A DNA stretch of 64,000 nt from an uncultured delta proteobacterium (GCA_963808625.1 CAWEHK010000037.1:1-64000), one strand, 5' to 3'. Positions 28,330 to 41,086 are shown, counted from the stretch's first letter. Notes: generated by a model not told the origin, from the letters alone. Translations and numbers: made by a program.

Positions 28330-29393
28330 TCCCCATGTATGACTTTCTCAAGTGCTTGGACCTTCATTTTGAGTTGTCTGAGCTCTTCCTTTAGCTGCGG
28401 CAGGCGTCTGACATTAACCGTCATCTTAAGCCATTCCTTGTGGGGCATTGCAGGACTGCCTGACACGTCCTCTCCCGCTTTGACATTTCGTCCCACCCCC
28501 GATTGAGCTCCAACCCTTGCCCCATCACCGATTTCGAGGTGTCCTACCACTCCCACCTGCCCGGCGAGAACAACGTGTTTACCCAAGCATGTGCTGCCCG
28601 AAATTCCCACTTGGGCGATGACGATGGAATGCTCCCCGATGACGACATTGTGGGCGATTTGGACTAAATTATCGATCTTCGTTCCGTGCTGGATCCAGGT
28701 TCGCCCGAAGGCAGCGCGGTCAAGGGTGCAGTTGGCCCCGATTTCGACATCGTCATCAACCTGGACAATCCCTGTTTGAGGGATCTTAACGTGGCGCCCC
28801 TTCTCATCCTGGGCAAAACCAAAACCGTCACTCCCAATGACCGTACCACTATGAATGATGACCCGATTGCCGATGCGGCACCGGTCGAGGATGGTCACTC
28901 CAGGATAAATAAGGCAATGATCACCGACCTCAACCTCGCCGCCCAGGTAAGCTCCCCCATACACCCTGCTCCCCTCACCGATGCGGCAACGGCGCCCGAC
29001 ATGGACCATCGGGCCGATCCTCACCCCGCTTGCAAGGTGCGCATCTTCTCCAACAAATGCGGTGGGGTGGACGCCCGTTGGCAGATAAGGCGGCTCCGCG
29101 AACAACTGCGCGGCGCGGGCCATGGCCAGGTAGGGCTGAGATGAGATGAGCAGGGGGCGATCGAGGTGTTCGAGAGCGGGCGGAACAATCAGTGCGGCTG
29201 CCTTGCAGTCGGAGATTAAGGGTAAGAAGCGCTCATCGCTGAGAAAACTCAGTTGATCGGCGCGTGCTTCTTCAATGGAATCCAGCCCGTAAATGCGGAT
29301 ACTGGGATCTCCCTTAAGTCTTGCCCCCGTAAGACTGGCAAGCTCCTGCAACAAAAAGGACTTAGGCGAGCTCTGATCCGGAGTAGTGTTCAT
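28326..29393 (-). CDS. lpxD: UDP-3-O-acylglucosamine N-acyltransferase
   Basis: [35 protein letters not shown]. Confidence 0.95.
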   Translation of the reverse strand: MNTTPDQSSPKSFLLQELASLTGARLKGDPSIRIYGLDSIEEARADQLSFLSDERFLPLISDCKAAALIVPPALEHLDRPLLISSQPYLAMARAAQLFAEPPYLPTGVHPTAFVGEDAHLASGVRIGPMVHVGRRCRIGEGSRVYGGAYLGGEVEVGDHCLIYPGVTILDRCRIGNRVIIHSGTVIGSDGFGFAQDEKGRHVKIPQTGIVQVDDDVEIGANCTLDRAAFGRTWIQHGTKIDNLVQIAHNVVIGEHSIVIAQVGISGSTCLGKHVVLAGQVGVVGHLEIGDGARVGAQSGVGRNVKAGEDVSGSPAMPHKEWLKMTVNVRRLPQLKEELRQLKMKVQALEKVIHGE

Positions 29394-29408
29394 GACCACG
29401 CTGTCCGG

Positions 29409-29930
29409 CTACGGCCTCCAGGGCGGCAGTTTGTCTAATTCTTTAGCTACTTGCTTGGTTATGTCATCCTTGTCAGTAGCGTAGACGAGCCCCGTCTTCT
29501 CGAAGATGAAATCGTACTTTTCCTCCTTGGCAAGCTTCTCGACAACTTCATGGACCTTTTTAGCCAGTGCCGCCTGGAGATCATTCAGCTTGCCCTTGGA
29601 ATCCATAAGATATTTTTGCCCTTCCTGCTGCATGTCCCGGAGCTCCTGCTCCTTTTTGGTCTTGCTCTTCTGGTCGAGGACATCCTTCTTCTTATCGAAT
29701 TCGTCTCTCGCTCCCGCGAAGGTCTTTTGCTTCTGATCGAGATCGGCATCCATTTTTTCGGCCTGCTTTTTGAGCTCCTCGGTCGCCGCTTTACCCCACT
29801 GAGACTGCTGTAACGCTGCCACAGCATCCACAACGCCGATCTTCGGAGAAGCCGCCCAGGTTGTTGTCGTTGAAAACAAAATGATAGCCCCTAACGCTAA
29901 AACCACCCATCCCAAATTTCTTTCCTTCAT
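29409..29930 (-). CDS. skp: OmpH/Skp periplasmic chaperone
   Basis: Signal peptide, KIGVVD, coiled coil, DIT..V...LD. Lies between bamA and lpxD. Confidence 0.85.
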   Translation of the reverse strand: MKERNLGWVVLALGAIILFSTTTTWAASPKIGVVDAVAALQQSQWGKAATEELKKQAEKMDADLDQKQKTFAGARDEFDKKKDVLDQKSKTKKEQELRDMQQEGQKYLMDSKGKLNDLQAALAKKVHEVVEKLAKEEKYDFIFEKTGLVYATDKDDITKQVAKELDKLPPWRP

Positions 29931-29942
29931 GTGTCTCACTCC

Positions 29943-32610
29943 TTAGAAAAACGCTCCTGCGGAAAACTGCCACCGATACCTGTCCTCACCCGGTTCTGGA
30001 TCGAGGTTGTAGCCCCACTCAACCCGCAATGGTCCCAGAGGGGAATTCCAGCGGATACCGAGGCCGGCGTCGGTGCGAAAATCATTGATCCTGAAATCCT
30101 GCATTTTTAGAAAAGCATTCCCAGCATCAAAGAACACGACCCCACGCATGCCGATGCTCTCAACCAGAGGGAAGAGCACTTCAGCGGTGCCCAATCCATA
30201 CGTTGTACCACCTATGATATAATCTCCGTCGTAGGGTCCGACGGTCGACCATTCGAACCCCCGCAGAGAATTGATGCCTCCAAGAAAGTACCGGTCATAC
30301 AATGGCATCGAGGTATTATCATCTTCCCCAAGAATATTGATGTAACCAAACTCTCCGCGCACATACCCGACAAGCTTCCAGAACAGCGGGAAGAAAATAC
30401 CGTGGTGAACCTCAGCTTTGAGAAAGTTGCTCTCGCCTCCCAGGGAAGGACTGGCCCATTGGACCGAAGCCAGGGAGACGGCGCCGCGCGTCGGCAGAAA
30501 AGGATGATCCGTACTGTCTCGCTCCAGCGCAAGGGTAATACTGCTCGTGATCATGCTGTCTTCCTGCTGCTTGTATATGGGTGGAGCATCGTCCGGCATG
30601 TCGGTGGCCGAGGTATCGCTAAAGGTGTAATACGCTCCAATACGACTATAATTGCCGAACCGATACCCGGAACGCAGCCTGAACCCAGTGCTGTCTTGGG
30701 TAAAGTCCTGGTATTCCCGAAGCCAGTTATAAAGATCGATGCCACCAGAGATGGGGCGGTCGAACAGGTACGGTTCGGTAAAGCTCAACACGTAGCGTTG
30801 GGCCTCTTGTCCCAGATATCCTTTTACCCCCAGGTACTGGCCGGTTCCAAACAGGTTGCGCTGAGTCACCTCACCGCTGGTGAACAACCCGTCATCAGAT
30901 GAGAACCCACCGCCGGCGCTGATGGTTCCGGTCAGTTTCTCCTTGACCCTTACGTTAAGATTCATGATATCGCTTTGTTCCGTATCGGTCGGAGTGATTT
31001 CAACATCCTCAAAAAAATCCAGCTTCCTCAGGTTGTTAAGGCTTCTTTCAAGCTTGGTTGAACTGAAAAGGTCCCCTTCAGCCAGCTTCAATTCCCGGCG
31101 GATAACCTTATCCAGCGTCTTGGTATTCCCTGAGATGGTTACTCTGCCAATGTGGACGATATCCTTCTTCTTCACGTCAAAGTCGATGCTTGCACTCTGA
31201 TCCTGAGCTTCACGTTTTACAATCGGGTCGACCGTAGTATACGCATAGCCCTGGTCCATATAGGTTTTGCTGATTTTGTCCATATCCTCGCGCAGCTTTT
31301 CGCGACCAAAGTAATCTTTCGGTTTCGATTGCAGCTGTTTGACGAGGAGATCGTTGTTCTCCAAAAGATCTCCGGTAATTCCCACGCTCGATACCCGGTA
31401 ACGCTCTCCTTCCTCCACCGGAATTTCTATATGGAAGCCATCATCCTTCATGGCTACCTGAGGGGTGCCGACTTTGGCCTCCATAAAGCCCTTATCGTGA
31501 TAGAAGACGCTCAGCCGGTCAAGGTCCGTATCCAGTATGTCCTTTTGGAGGATGCCCCGGTCGGTGAACCAGGAGAGAACCATCATTTTCTCTTTGGTTT
31601 CCATAATGCTCCGGAGTTTCCGCGCGGAAAAACTCTTGTTCCCGGTAAAGCCGATCTTTTGTATGAAGACTTTACCCTTTTCATCTATGGTGAAAGTGAC
31701 CACGCCTTTCCGGGGGTCTTTGGGAAAGTCGATGGACGATTTTACATCGACATTGAAGTAGCCCTTTTGATGATAAAGTTTGATGATTTTTTGGACATCT
31801 TCAGCAAGCACGTTTTTCTGGACGACCGTGTAAGGTCTTGTGGAGATGGCGGCCAGGACATCTTTTTCCTTGATCTTCTTATTGCCGGCGACGTGCACTT
31901 CCTGAATGGTTGGATTTTCGACGACGGCAAAAATAAGCACTTTACCCGCAGGGGTATCGGAAACCTCGGCGTCCACTTTTTCGAAGAACCCCATCTTGTA
32001 GATGGCCTTTATGTCTTCTGCCACCTGCTCCGGTCGAAGGACTTCGCCTTTTTTGCTCTTGATATTTAATTTGATGGCCTCCGGTTCGATCCGCTCATTC
32101 CCGCGAACCTGAACCTCAGCAATCACCGCTTTTGCCAGGAGATGGACCGCCATGCGCTGGACGATAGTGTTGGTGGCAGCCGCCAGATTTTCCATCCCCT
32201 TTTCTTCAGCAAAGATGATTTCGGTCTTCTTCTGCCCCGAAACGTCAACGAGCTTCGCATCGAGACTGATGCTATTGCCGATCTGGTTAAAGCTACCCAT
32301 CAACGACATATTCCGCCTGCAGCCTGCGCCCGAGCAGCCTGGCCTGTTCCTCGGTTTGTACGGACTCTCCCGGCTTCACCACCTTTTCGACGTCCTGGGG
32401 ACTAACGACCCTCGCTCCCTCGGTGGTAAGTTGGCGGATCAAAAGCTCTTCAATAGTGTTTTGAATTTTCGCCGGCTCCTGCTGCTCCGCGCACGGTGAA
32501 TGGCATAATCGCAACCCTGGGATTCTGCTCCTGTGCCCACGCTGCCGACCCCAGGATGACAAGAAAAGAGGGACCCATAATCCATGGACGATCCTCTTGC
32601 CGTTTAACAT
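29943..32610 (-). CDS. bamA: Outer membrane protein assembly factor BamA with an extra N-terminal domain (about three frameshifts between 32300 and 32570)
   Basis: POTRA repeats, LRGF loop, SPLGPLR, C-terminal FF. The N-terminal pieces lie in adjacent frames (32610, 32641 and 32309 ORFs). Confidence 0.9.
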
Positions 32611-32740
32611 GGTCCTGGCCCTCCACCCTCTTAGAATTCAAAAGCCCCTATAAACCAGCTCTTTTCCGAGTAGAACCAACTCAAGCAATTCAGCTTACCT
32701 TCTATAGCCCACCCCGCCTCTCATCACAACTGATTCCTCT

Positions 32741-33442
32741 TCAATTCGCTGCTTCCAGGCGGAGTTGGCCGTCCACCAACCGCAGGGTGCGATGCATCAT
32801 GGCGGCAAGTTCCGGATTATGGGTCACGATCACCATCGTTAGACCAAGTTCCTCGTTCAGAGTCACCAGCAGTTCATGGAGTCTTCGCCCGGTCCGGCTG
32901 TCCAGGTTTCCGCTCGGCTCGTCAGCCAGAAAAATCTTCGGCCGCAAGAGCAAAGCGCGCGCCACGGCCACCCGCTGTTGCTCACCACCAGAGAGTTCGC
33001 CCACGCGATGCTGAAGCCGGTCCATCAGGCTCAGTCTTTCCAGTAAAGAAAGGGCCTGGGCTTTGACTTCCCGCTGCGGGAGGCCACCGATAATGCCTGG
33101 CATCATCACATTCTCCAGGGCGTTAAACTCCGGCAGGAGGTAATGGAATTGGAACACAAAACCAATATGACGATTCCGAAACTGGGCAAGTTCCTTTTCC
33201 TCCCACAAAAAAATGTCCTGCCCGCCAAAGAGGACTTTCCCACTTGTGGGTTTCTCGATGGTCCCGAGAATATGGAGCAGCGTTGATTTGCCTACTCCCG
33301 AGGCGCCCACGATGGCTACGCTTTCGCCGCGACGAATGACCAGATCCAGGTCCCGGAAAAGCTCGATGGTGCGGCTGCCCTCCCCAAAAACCTTGGTGAG
33401 GGACAAGGCCTGAACCTCTACTGGCTGCTGGTCACTATTCAT
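32741..33442 (-). CDS. lolD: Lipoprotein-releasing ABC transporter ATPase
   Basis: GASGVGKST, IGFVFQFHYLLPEF.ALENV, LSGGEQQR, ADEPSGNLD. Confidence 0.9.
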   Translation of the reverse strand: MNSDQQPVEVQALSLTKVFGEGSRTIELFRDLDLVIRRGESVAIVGASGVGKSTLLHILGTIEKPTSGKVLFGGQDIFLWEEKELAQFRNRHIGFVFQFHYLLPEFNALENVMMPGIIGGLPQREVKAQALSLLERLSLMDRLQHRVGELSGGEQQRVAVARALLLRPKIFLADEPSGNLDSRTGRRLHELLVTLNEELGLTMVIVTHNPELAAMMHRTLRLVDGQLRLEAAN

Positions 33443-34679
33443 AGCGCAGGGCTTCCGCCGGATCCAGCTTTGCAGCTTGACGAGAAGGATAGAGCGTCGC
33501 CACGAGACTGATGAGGATGGCTGCCAGGGCAATCATGCCGACGTCAAGGGCTTCCATCTTCACGGGAAGCGTCGAGATATAGTAGACGTCTCGAGGCAGC
33601 TCGATGAATTGATACTTCTTCAGCAGACTGCAAAGGACAAACCCCCCCAAAAGACCCAGGAGCGTCCCTGATATCCCGATCAGAAAACCTTCCATGACGA
33701 ATATCTTGCGGATGCTTGCCGTGGTTGCCCCCATGGCCTTGAGGATGGCGATATCGCGCGTTTTTTCCATGACCAGCATGATCAGGGAACTGACGATGTT
33801 AAAGGCCGCGACCAGGATGATCAAGGTCAGGATAATGAACATGACAACCTTTTCCAGTTTGAGGGCGGAGAAGAGATTGCGGTTCATCTGCATCCAGTCG
33901 CGCACCCAATAAGGAAGGCCGAGGCGAGACCGCAGGGACTCGGCAATCTGGCGAGCCTCGTAAATATCATGAAGCCTGACCTCAACGCCGGACACCGTAT
34001 CCCCAATGCCCAGAAACTGTTGTGCCGCCGTGAGGCTGATATAGGCGAGAGTATTATCATATTCATACATTCCCGATTGAATGATGCCGACCACCTGGAA
34101 CAGCTTGCTCTTGGGGACCTGTCCCATGGGCGTAAGACGCCCGGAGGGCGATATGATCGTGACCCATTCCCCCTGACGAATCCCGAGATTGTTGCAGAGC
34201 TCCACGCCGAGGATAAGGCCCGGCTGCCCGGAAGGACCCGAGGCCGAAGGTGTTTCAGAGCGCAAATCTCCCAGGTTTCCCCGGAGCATATTCTCTTGAA
34301 TGTTGATGACCTTTGCCGCGGTCTGTAGGTCGATTCCGCGCAGGATCGCACCCGACACGTTCTTCCCGGAACTGATCATGACCTGGGCGTAGGCAAAGGG
34401 AGTCGCGGCCACCACCCCGGGTTCTTTCTCGACTTCTTTCATCAGCGTCTGGTAGTTCGAGAACGCGCCGTTGAAGCTGCCCACTACCACATGGGAGGTG
34501 ATGCCGAGGATGCGGCTGCGCAGGTCGTCCTGGAAGCCATTCATCACGGCCAGGACGACAATCAGCGCCGTTACGCCAACGGCGACGCCGGCGATGGAGA
34601 TGAAGGTTATCAGGGAAATGAAGGTTTGACGCCGCTTTGCTAACAGGTAGCGAAGGCTGACGAAGAGTTCAAAATTCAT
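33435..34679 (-). CDS. lolE: Lipoprotein-releasing ABC transporter permease (LolC/E)
   Basis: ALIVVLAVMNGF, W...N.NLFSALKLEK, VAAFNI, DIAILKAMGA, P.EALRYE. Confidence 0.9.
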   Translation of the reverse strand: MNFELFVSLRYLLAKRRQTFISLITFISIAGVAVGVTALIVVLAVMNGFQDDLRSRILGITSHVVVGSFNGAFSNYQTLMKEVEKEPGVVAATPFAYAQVMISSGKNVSGAILRGIDLQTAAKVINIQENMLRGNLGDLRSETPSASGPSGQPGLILGVELCNNLGIRQGEWVTIISPSGRLTPMGQVPKSKLFQVVGIIQSGMYEYDNTLAYISLTAAQQFLGIGDTVSGVEVRLHDIYEARQIAESLRSRLGLPYWVRDWMQMNRNLFSALKLEKVVMFIILTLIILVAAFNIVSSLIMLVMEKTRDIAILKAMGATTASIRKIFVMEGFLIGISGTLLGLLGGFVLCSLLKKYQFIELPRDVYYISTLPVKMEALDVGMIALAAILISLVATLYPSRQAAKLDPAEALRYE

Positions 34680-34686
34680 ATTGTGC

Positions 34687-36182
<1,496 letters not shown>

Positions 36183-36308
36183 ACCAGACGCTCTTCTCCG
36201 TGTGAATTCCAGCTTCAGATAACCGACTCGCCATTAAGCGCATGAAAGTTAGATGATTTGCTCCGAGACGTCAAGGGCAATTACCCCGGCCTTGAGAATT
36301 ACCCTCGC

Positions 36309-36483
36309 TCACTTCTCTTTCTGCCTGCTTCTCATCATGTTGGAAACGGTGAAGGCGACGATCAGAAGACCCAGGATCAGCAAGATCCCTTTGCCTTCCT
36401 CTGAAGAGCTCAATGAGCCCAAACACCACGATAACACTTCCCCCGAGCAAGCTCAGCCACTGTGTCCACCGCGTCATAACCAT
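36309..36483 (-). CDS. Small two-TM membrane protein (one frameshift)
   Basis: GGAGGAG RBS. MVMTRWTQWLSLLGGSVIVVFGLIEL, then in a shifted frame GILLILGLLIVAFTVSNMMRSRQKEK*. Confidence 0.5.
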
Positions 36484-37054
36484 GCTCCTCCTCTACCCAA
36501 GAATTACCCACGAAAACCCCTATCGAACCGTTGGTTTTTTACGACTTGTCCTCGCAAAACACAAAAGAAAAATGATCCCGAGGGGAATGCTGAGAGCCGG
36601 ACGATGAGGAGAAGGCTGTTGACAACACCTGGCGAAAACGGACGCAAAGAAGTTGCTTTTAAAGCCCTGGCGAACGACTTCCCAGTGACTATACTAAAAC
36701 CGTAGGAAATAGGGTCCCCAAAGAAATGAAACAGGGACTGAAAGGAGTGCAAGATGGATACCCGAAGCAAAGAAAAATCTGAATTCAAGGGAGCTGTTGA
36801 GTTGCGGTGCGATCATCAGCGATGTTGGAACTGTCAGGGCGATGTTTGTGAAGAGCGGGCCGATGATGGATTTTTGGAGTTGGCCAGTTACTTCATGTGG
36901 TCATAATAAGGGAGTTTTGAGATCTACCCTGTGAGCCACTCCCTCACAATGCCCCCGGCAACAGCATATGCAAAAGACCTTGGCGCCAGCCAGGGTCTTT
37001 TGGTTTTAGACAGCCGAGCCTGTTTGGAAATTCGAGACGCCGATTTCAGATCCT

Positions 37055-37107
37055 GCATTCTTGACAGCCACGTCCCGAATTTTTGACACCCACGTCCCGC
37101 ATTTTTG
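37055..37107 (+). repeat. 22-bp tandem repeat array
   Basis: gcattcttgacagccacgtccc / gaatttttgacacccacgtccc / gcatttttg. Confidence 0.75.
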
Positions 37108-37572
37108 CCTCCTGCCCGACCTGATTTTCCTGGCGATAGCGGAGCTTGGCGAATCGGCTTTCCTTGGGGCGTTTTCATTGGCAGGTGAGTCTTTGTCACA
37201 TATAGTCCCATCCCTAGAAATGTGATAATGAAAGGTTTCGGGCAGATTTTGAAGGAGCTAGGAAACCGTGATTAATCTCAAGTGCGATCAAGATGTCATT
37301 ACGCTCGGCATTGTAAATCTCGGTGGGTGGAACATGTTGGCTTTCTGGGAACATCTGGATTCCTGCGACAAGTGCCGGCAGGCAAAGCGGCGCTGATTGA
37401 GGAGCTGAATAAAGTACTCAGCGGCGAACAGGAAGTTGAGGAGGTTTCACCCAGCCAGGAGTAAGCGCGAATCCGCCAGCTCCGCCGTGGTGTACTGACC
37501 GGCAAGGAGGCAACCTCTTTCTAAATGAAAGAGTGGTAGGCCATTATTTGAATAAGGTTCAAAAGAATAAAG

Positions 37573-38217
37573 CTACAAAGCCTTAGCCAGTCGTGGAGTT
37601 ACAAGGCGACGGTGAAAGCCAGCCGCCCAGATGTCGAGGTCCTTAAGCTGGCGCCTGATTAAAAAGAGCTTGCCGTCGGAGTCGACCACATCGGCAACGA
37701 TAAAATTCCCCTCTGACTCGAACAGGAAGAATGTAGCGTACCCGTCAGCCCGAAGCCAGCTACGATGCTTTTTTACAAAGTTTCTTATCTGGGCCTGGGT
37801 GAAGCAAAGTTTCCTCCTATCAGTATTCAGTTCGTCGAAGATTTGGGGGAAAGTCGCATCCTTTGCCATCTCGTGGACGGCCACAGGAGTTTCAGCCGTT
37901 GGATTGCCGATTTCATCGGCGTCTTTTTTGAACTCCGGGTCGATGTCACCGGTAAAGACGTCTTTCGCATCCGCCAAGTTTTCGGTTCCGTCAACAGCAT
38001 CGATGGTAAGCGAATAATCGCCGGAGATGAGCCGCAGGATAGGTTTTGTGACAACACCCGTCCAGCAATTCTCCTGGCGGAGAAACTTTTCGAGTTCAGC
38101 AAACCATTCCTGGCCGGCTTTGCTTAAAAGCTTTTCAACCAGATTGCAGATTACTCCGAGCATTTCCAGAGGGAGATCCACGATCTTACGAATTAATACA
38201 CCAAGCATGTCTTTCAT
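37573..38217 (-). CDS. Hypothetical protein (214 aa) in a decayed island
   Basis: AAGGA RBS and intact ORF. No catalytic motif recognised. Confidence 0.7.
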   Translation of the reverse strand: MKDMLGVLIRKIVDLPLEMLGVICNLVEKLLSKAGQEWFAELEKFLRQENCWTGVVTKPILRLISGDYSLTIDAVDGTENLADAKDVFTGDIDPEFKKDADEIGNPTAETPVAVHEMAKDATFPQIFDELNTDRRKLCFTQAQIRNFVKKHRSWLRADGYATFFLFESEGNFIVADVVDSDGKLFLIRRQLKDLDIWAAGFHRRLVTPRLAKAL

Positions 38218-38296
38218 AGTCAGTTCCTTTTCTCTTATTTGACTTATCTATTCCGCCAACCCACCGGTCAACCCCCGTATTTATAATGCACGTGCC

Positions 38297-38360
38297 GAAT
38301 TTTTGATCATCAAGTAGCGCATTTTTGACAGCCAGGTCCCGAAAATTTCACAGTCTCCCC
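38297..38360 (+). repeat. Second array of the same 22-bp motif
   Basis: gaatttttgatcatcaagtagc / gcatttttgacagccaggtccc / gaaaatttcacagtc. Confidence 0.65.
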
Positions 38361-38453
38361 AACGTCTGCGAAAATGAAGCATAACCGTTTTACATTATCT
38401 TCATGGAATCATCGAATCGCCCAAGCCTGCCAGCAGGGAAGGACTCCCTTCCC

Positions 38454-38690
38454 ATGGCCGAAACCAAACCGGTCTTGGCCTGCCCGTATTGCCACAGCCG
38501 AGACATCATAAGAAAAGGCAAGCGAAAGAAAAAGCATGAAACTATCCAGCTCTATTTCTGCCGGCGGAAATTCACTCCGCTTATCAGCAAGCACTGCAAA
38601 TGCCAAGTTATTGCTGCAGGCGGTGGGCAACAACAAACTGCGCCATCAGAAACTGCAGGAATTCATGCTGGCCCATGATTCCGTTAAGAT
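38454..38690 (+). pseudogene. Internally deleted remnant with an IS1/InsA-like zinc ribbon
   Basis: CPYCHS.DIIRKGKR......QLYFC..RKFT with the second Cys pair incomplete, joined to an out-of-frame fragment (NNKLRHQKLQEFMLAHDSV). Confidence 0.5.
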
Positions 38691-38837
38691 TACATCACGC
38701 TTTACACAAGGAAGGCGCCGCTTAAGGCGATTCAGGAATTGCTGGGACACGAGCGCCCCACCACCACGGATGTTTACTTGCGAAGTTTACGGGGAAGTGT
38801 TAAACAAGCGGTCAAGCTCTTGGAGGATTTAAAGTGA
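38691..38837 (+). pseudogene. Tyrosine recombinase/integrase C-terminal remnant
   Basis: APLKAIQELLGHERPTTTDVYLRSL...*: the box II LGH motif plus catalytic Tyr. Adjacent to the tRNA. Confidence 0.8.
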
Positions 38838-38890
38838 TTCACTCACCAAATTCACTCACAAGGGTTTTCAAAAGCTCGCAAACTCAATGC

Positions 38891-38967
<77 letters not shown>

Positions 38968-39217
38968 GTTTACATGGTTGGGGTGTGTGAATTGGGGGTG
39001 AATCACTTCAATCTCTCCAACTTTTTGACCGCATCTCTGGCGTTTCCTCACCTTCTCGGCGATTACGCTCAAGAATTCAGACGGACTGGCTATCCGCGTC
39101 TTTTTGAACCTCTGGAACGGACAATGTTTCTTATTGCCGGTGCTAAGGAAATCCGCCTTTGCTTCTTGCGCGCATTCCAGGAACTATTGTCTGCCATCTC
39201 CATTATTATGATGTCTA

Positions 39218-39353
39218 AGAGCGTGTCTGAAAATTCAATTTCGTGCAGCCGTCGGTCCCAAAATCCCCTCCGCCCTCCCTCGTATACAAAAGGGGGAAGT
39301 CGAAAGTCCCCCTTTCATAAAGGGGGATTTAGGGGGATTTTCAGACAGCCTCT
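39218..39353. mobile_element. MITE-like element with 17-bp terminal inverted repeats and internal CCCCCTTT..AAAGGGGG palindromes
   Basis: agagcgtgtctgaaaat ... attttcagacagcctct (15/17). No coding capacity. Confidence 0.65.
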
Positions 39354-39470
39354 CAGAAAAGCTTCGAGATTTGTGGTAAGATTCTTACGAAACACGATTT
39401 CCTCTGCAGCGTCGGAAATGCAGACCTGCAGCTTCTTCGTGTGGAGATCGATTCCAGCGTAAAAATGGAA
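39354..39470 (-). pseudogene. IS110-family transposase N-terminal remnant
   Basis: FYAGIDLHTKKLQVCISD..EEIVFRKNL, truncated at the MITE boundary. Confidence 0.65.
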
Positions 39471-39478
39471 GGAATTGC

Positions 39479-41086
39479 ATGAACTATGATCCATTATATT
39501 ATCCCTATCCCTCACGCCGCAGCATGGTCTTTGCCACCCGGGGAATGGTTGCCACCTCCCAGCCGCTGGCTGCTCAAGCGGGCCTGGAAGTATTGAAGAA
39601 AGGAGGCAATGCGATCGATGCCGCGGTTGCTACTGCTTCCTGCCTGGCGGTTGTGGAACCGACTTCAAACGGCATCGGGGGGGATGCCTTCGCCCTGGTC
39701 TGGACCGGCGGCAAACTCTACGGCCTCAACTCCAGTGGTCCGGCGCCCCAAAAACTGTCGCTCCAGGCACTCTCAGCAATAGGCCTCACGAGAATCCCAC
39801 AATATGGTGTGATTCCGGTCACCGTGCCGGGAGCGCCGGCAGCCTGGGCTGAGCTTGCCCGGCGGTTTGGAAAGCTTCCCCTGACCGCGTCCCTGCGACC
39901 CGCTATTGAATACGCCGAGCACGGTTTCCCGGTTTCTCCGGTGGTTGGCGATCTCTGGCAAGCAGCCTTCAAGACCTACCGTGCACAGAGCGGGGAAGCT
40001 TTTCAACACTGGTTTGAAACCTTTGCACCGAACGGCCGCACTCCAGCGGCCGGCGAAGTGTGGCGATTGCCCAGTCAGGCAGCGACCCTGGCGGCGATAG
40101 CCGAATCCAATGCGGAGGTCTTTTACCGCGGGGATCTGGCAGAGAAGATCAGCGCTTTCTTTCATCGGTACTCCGGCTATCTCACCGCCGCCGACCTTGC
40201 CGCTTTCAAACCCGAATGGGTTGAGCCGGTGAAGGTCAACTACCGGGGATATGACGTCTGGGAGCTCCCGCCGAATGGGCAGGGCGTTGTTGCCCTGATG
40301 GCGCTCAACATCCTGAACGGCTTTGAATTCCACGCCAGGGATGACGCTGAAACCTCTCACCGACAGATCGAAGCGATCAAACTGGCCTTTGCCGACGGCC
40401 TCCGGTGCGTTGCCGACATCCGCAAGATGAAGGTCAAGGTCGCCGATCTGCTCTCGGACGCTTACGCCGCCGAAAGGCGCAGCCTGATCGGTGACCAGGC
40501 GCTGAGCCCCTCACCCGGCAAGCCCCATCGCGGCGGCACCGTCTATCTCGCCACGGCCGACGGGGAAGGCAATATGGTCTCCTATATCCAGAGCAACTAC
40601 GAGGGCTTTGGTTCCGGCATGGTCGTTCCGGGCACCGGTATCGCGCTCCACAACCGGGGATTTTGCTTTTCCTCGGACCCTCAGCATGACAACTGTCTCG
40701 AACCCGGCAAGAAGCCCTATCATACCATCATCCCGGGATTCCTCACGAAGGATGGGGAAGCGCTCGGGCCTTTCGGGGTGATGGGTGGTTTCATCCAGCC
40801 GCAGGGCCATGTCATGGTGGTTATGAATACCGTCGATTTTCAGCTTAACCCGCAGGCGGCGCTCGATGCCCCGCGATTCCGATGGCGGGAAGGCAAAACG
40901 GTCGAGGTTGAAGCGCAATTTCCTGAACCTCTGGCGGAGGCCTTGCTGCGCATGGGCCATAACGTGAAACGCGGAGCGGTTGGTGATCGCGATTTCGGCC
41001 GTGGCCAAATCATCTGGCGCCGCAAGGACGGAGTGCTGGCCGGGGGCAGCGACCCGCGGGCCGATGGTCAAATCGCCGCCTGGTAG
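39479..41086 (+). CDS. ggt: Gamma-glutamyltransferase family protein (YwrD-like)
   Basis: GMVATSQPLA, GGNAIDAAVA, EP.SNGIGGD, PPNGQG, GTVYLATAD (nucleophile Thr), PYHTIIP, GVMGG..QPQGH, SDPRADG. Confidence 0.95.
   Translation: MNYDPLYYPYPSRRSMVFATRGMVATSQPLAAQAGLEVLKKGGNAIDAAVATASCLAVVEPTSNGIGGDAFALVWTGGKLYGLNSSGPAPQKLSLQALSAIGLTRIPQYGVIPVTVPGAPAAWAELARRFGKLPLTASLRPAIEYAEHGFPVSPVVGDLWQAAFKTYRAQSGEAFQHWFETFAPNGRTPAAGEVWRLPSQAATLAAIAESNAEVFYRGDLAEKISAFFHRYSGYLTAADLAAFKPEWVEPVKVNYRGYDVWELPPNGQGVVALMALNILNGFEFHARDDAETSHRQIEAIKLAFADGLRCVADIRKMKVKVADLLSDAYAAERRSLIGDQALSPSPGKPHRGGTVYLATADGEGNMVSYIQSNYEGFGSGMVVPGTGIALHNRGFCFSSDPQHDNCLEPGKKPYHTIIPGFLTKDGEALGPFGVMGGFIQPQGHVMVVMNTVDFQLNPQAALDAPRFRWREGKTVEVEAQFPEPLAEALLRMGHNVKRGAVGDRDFGRGQIIWRRKDGVLAGGSDPRADGQIAAW

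Noticed and set aside
36600..36720. GACGCAAAG motif as a c-di-GMP-I riboswitch
   Set aside because: The upstream GGCAAAC/GNRA stem and the P2 stem are not present, and no gene follows on that strand.
37055..37107. 22-bp repeats as a mini-CRISPR
   Set aside because: The repeats are contiguous with no unique spacers, and no cas genes are present.
37282..37464. 60-aa ORF ending LIEELNKVL as a restriction-enzyme remnant
   Set aside because: The similarity is limited to a few residues and cannot be supported without a search.
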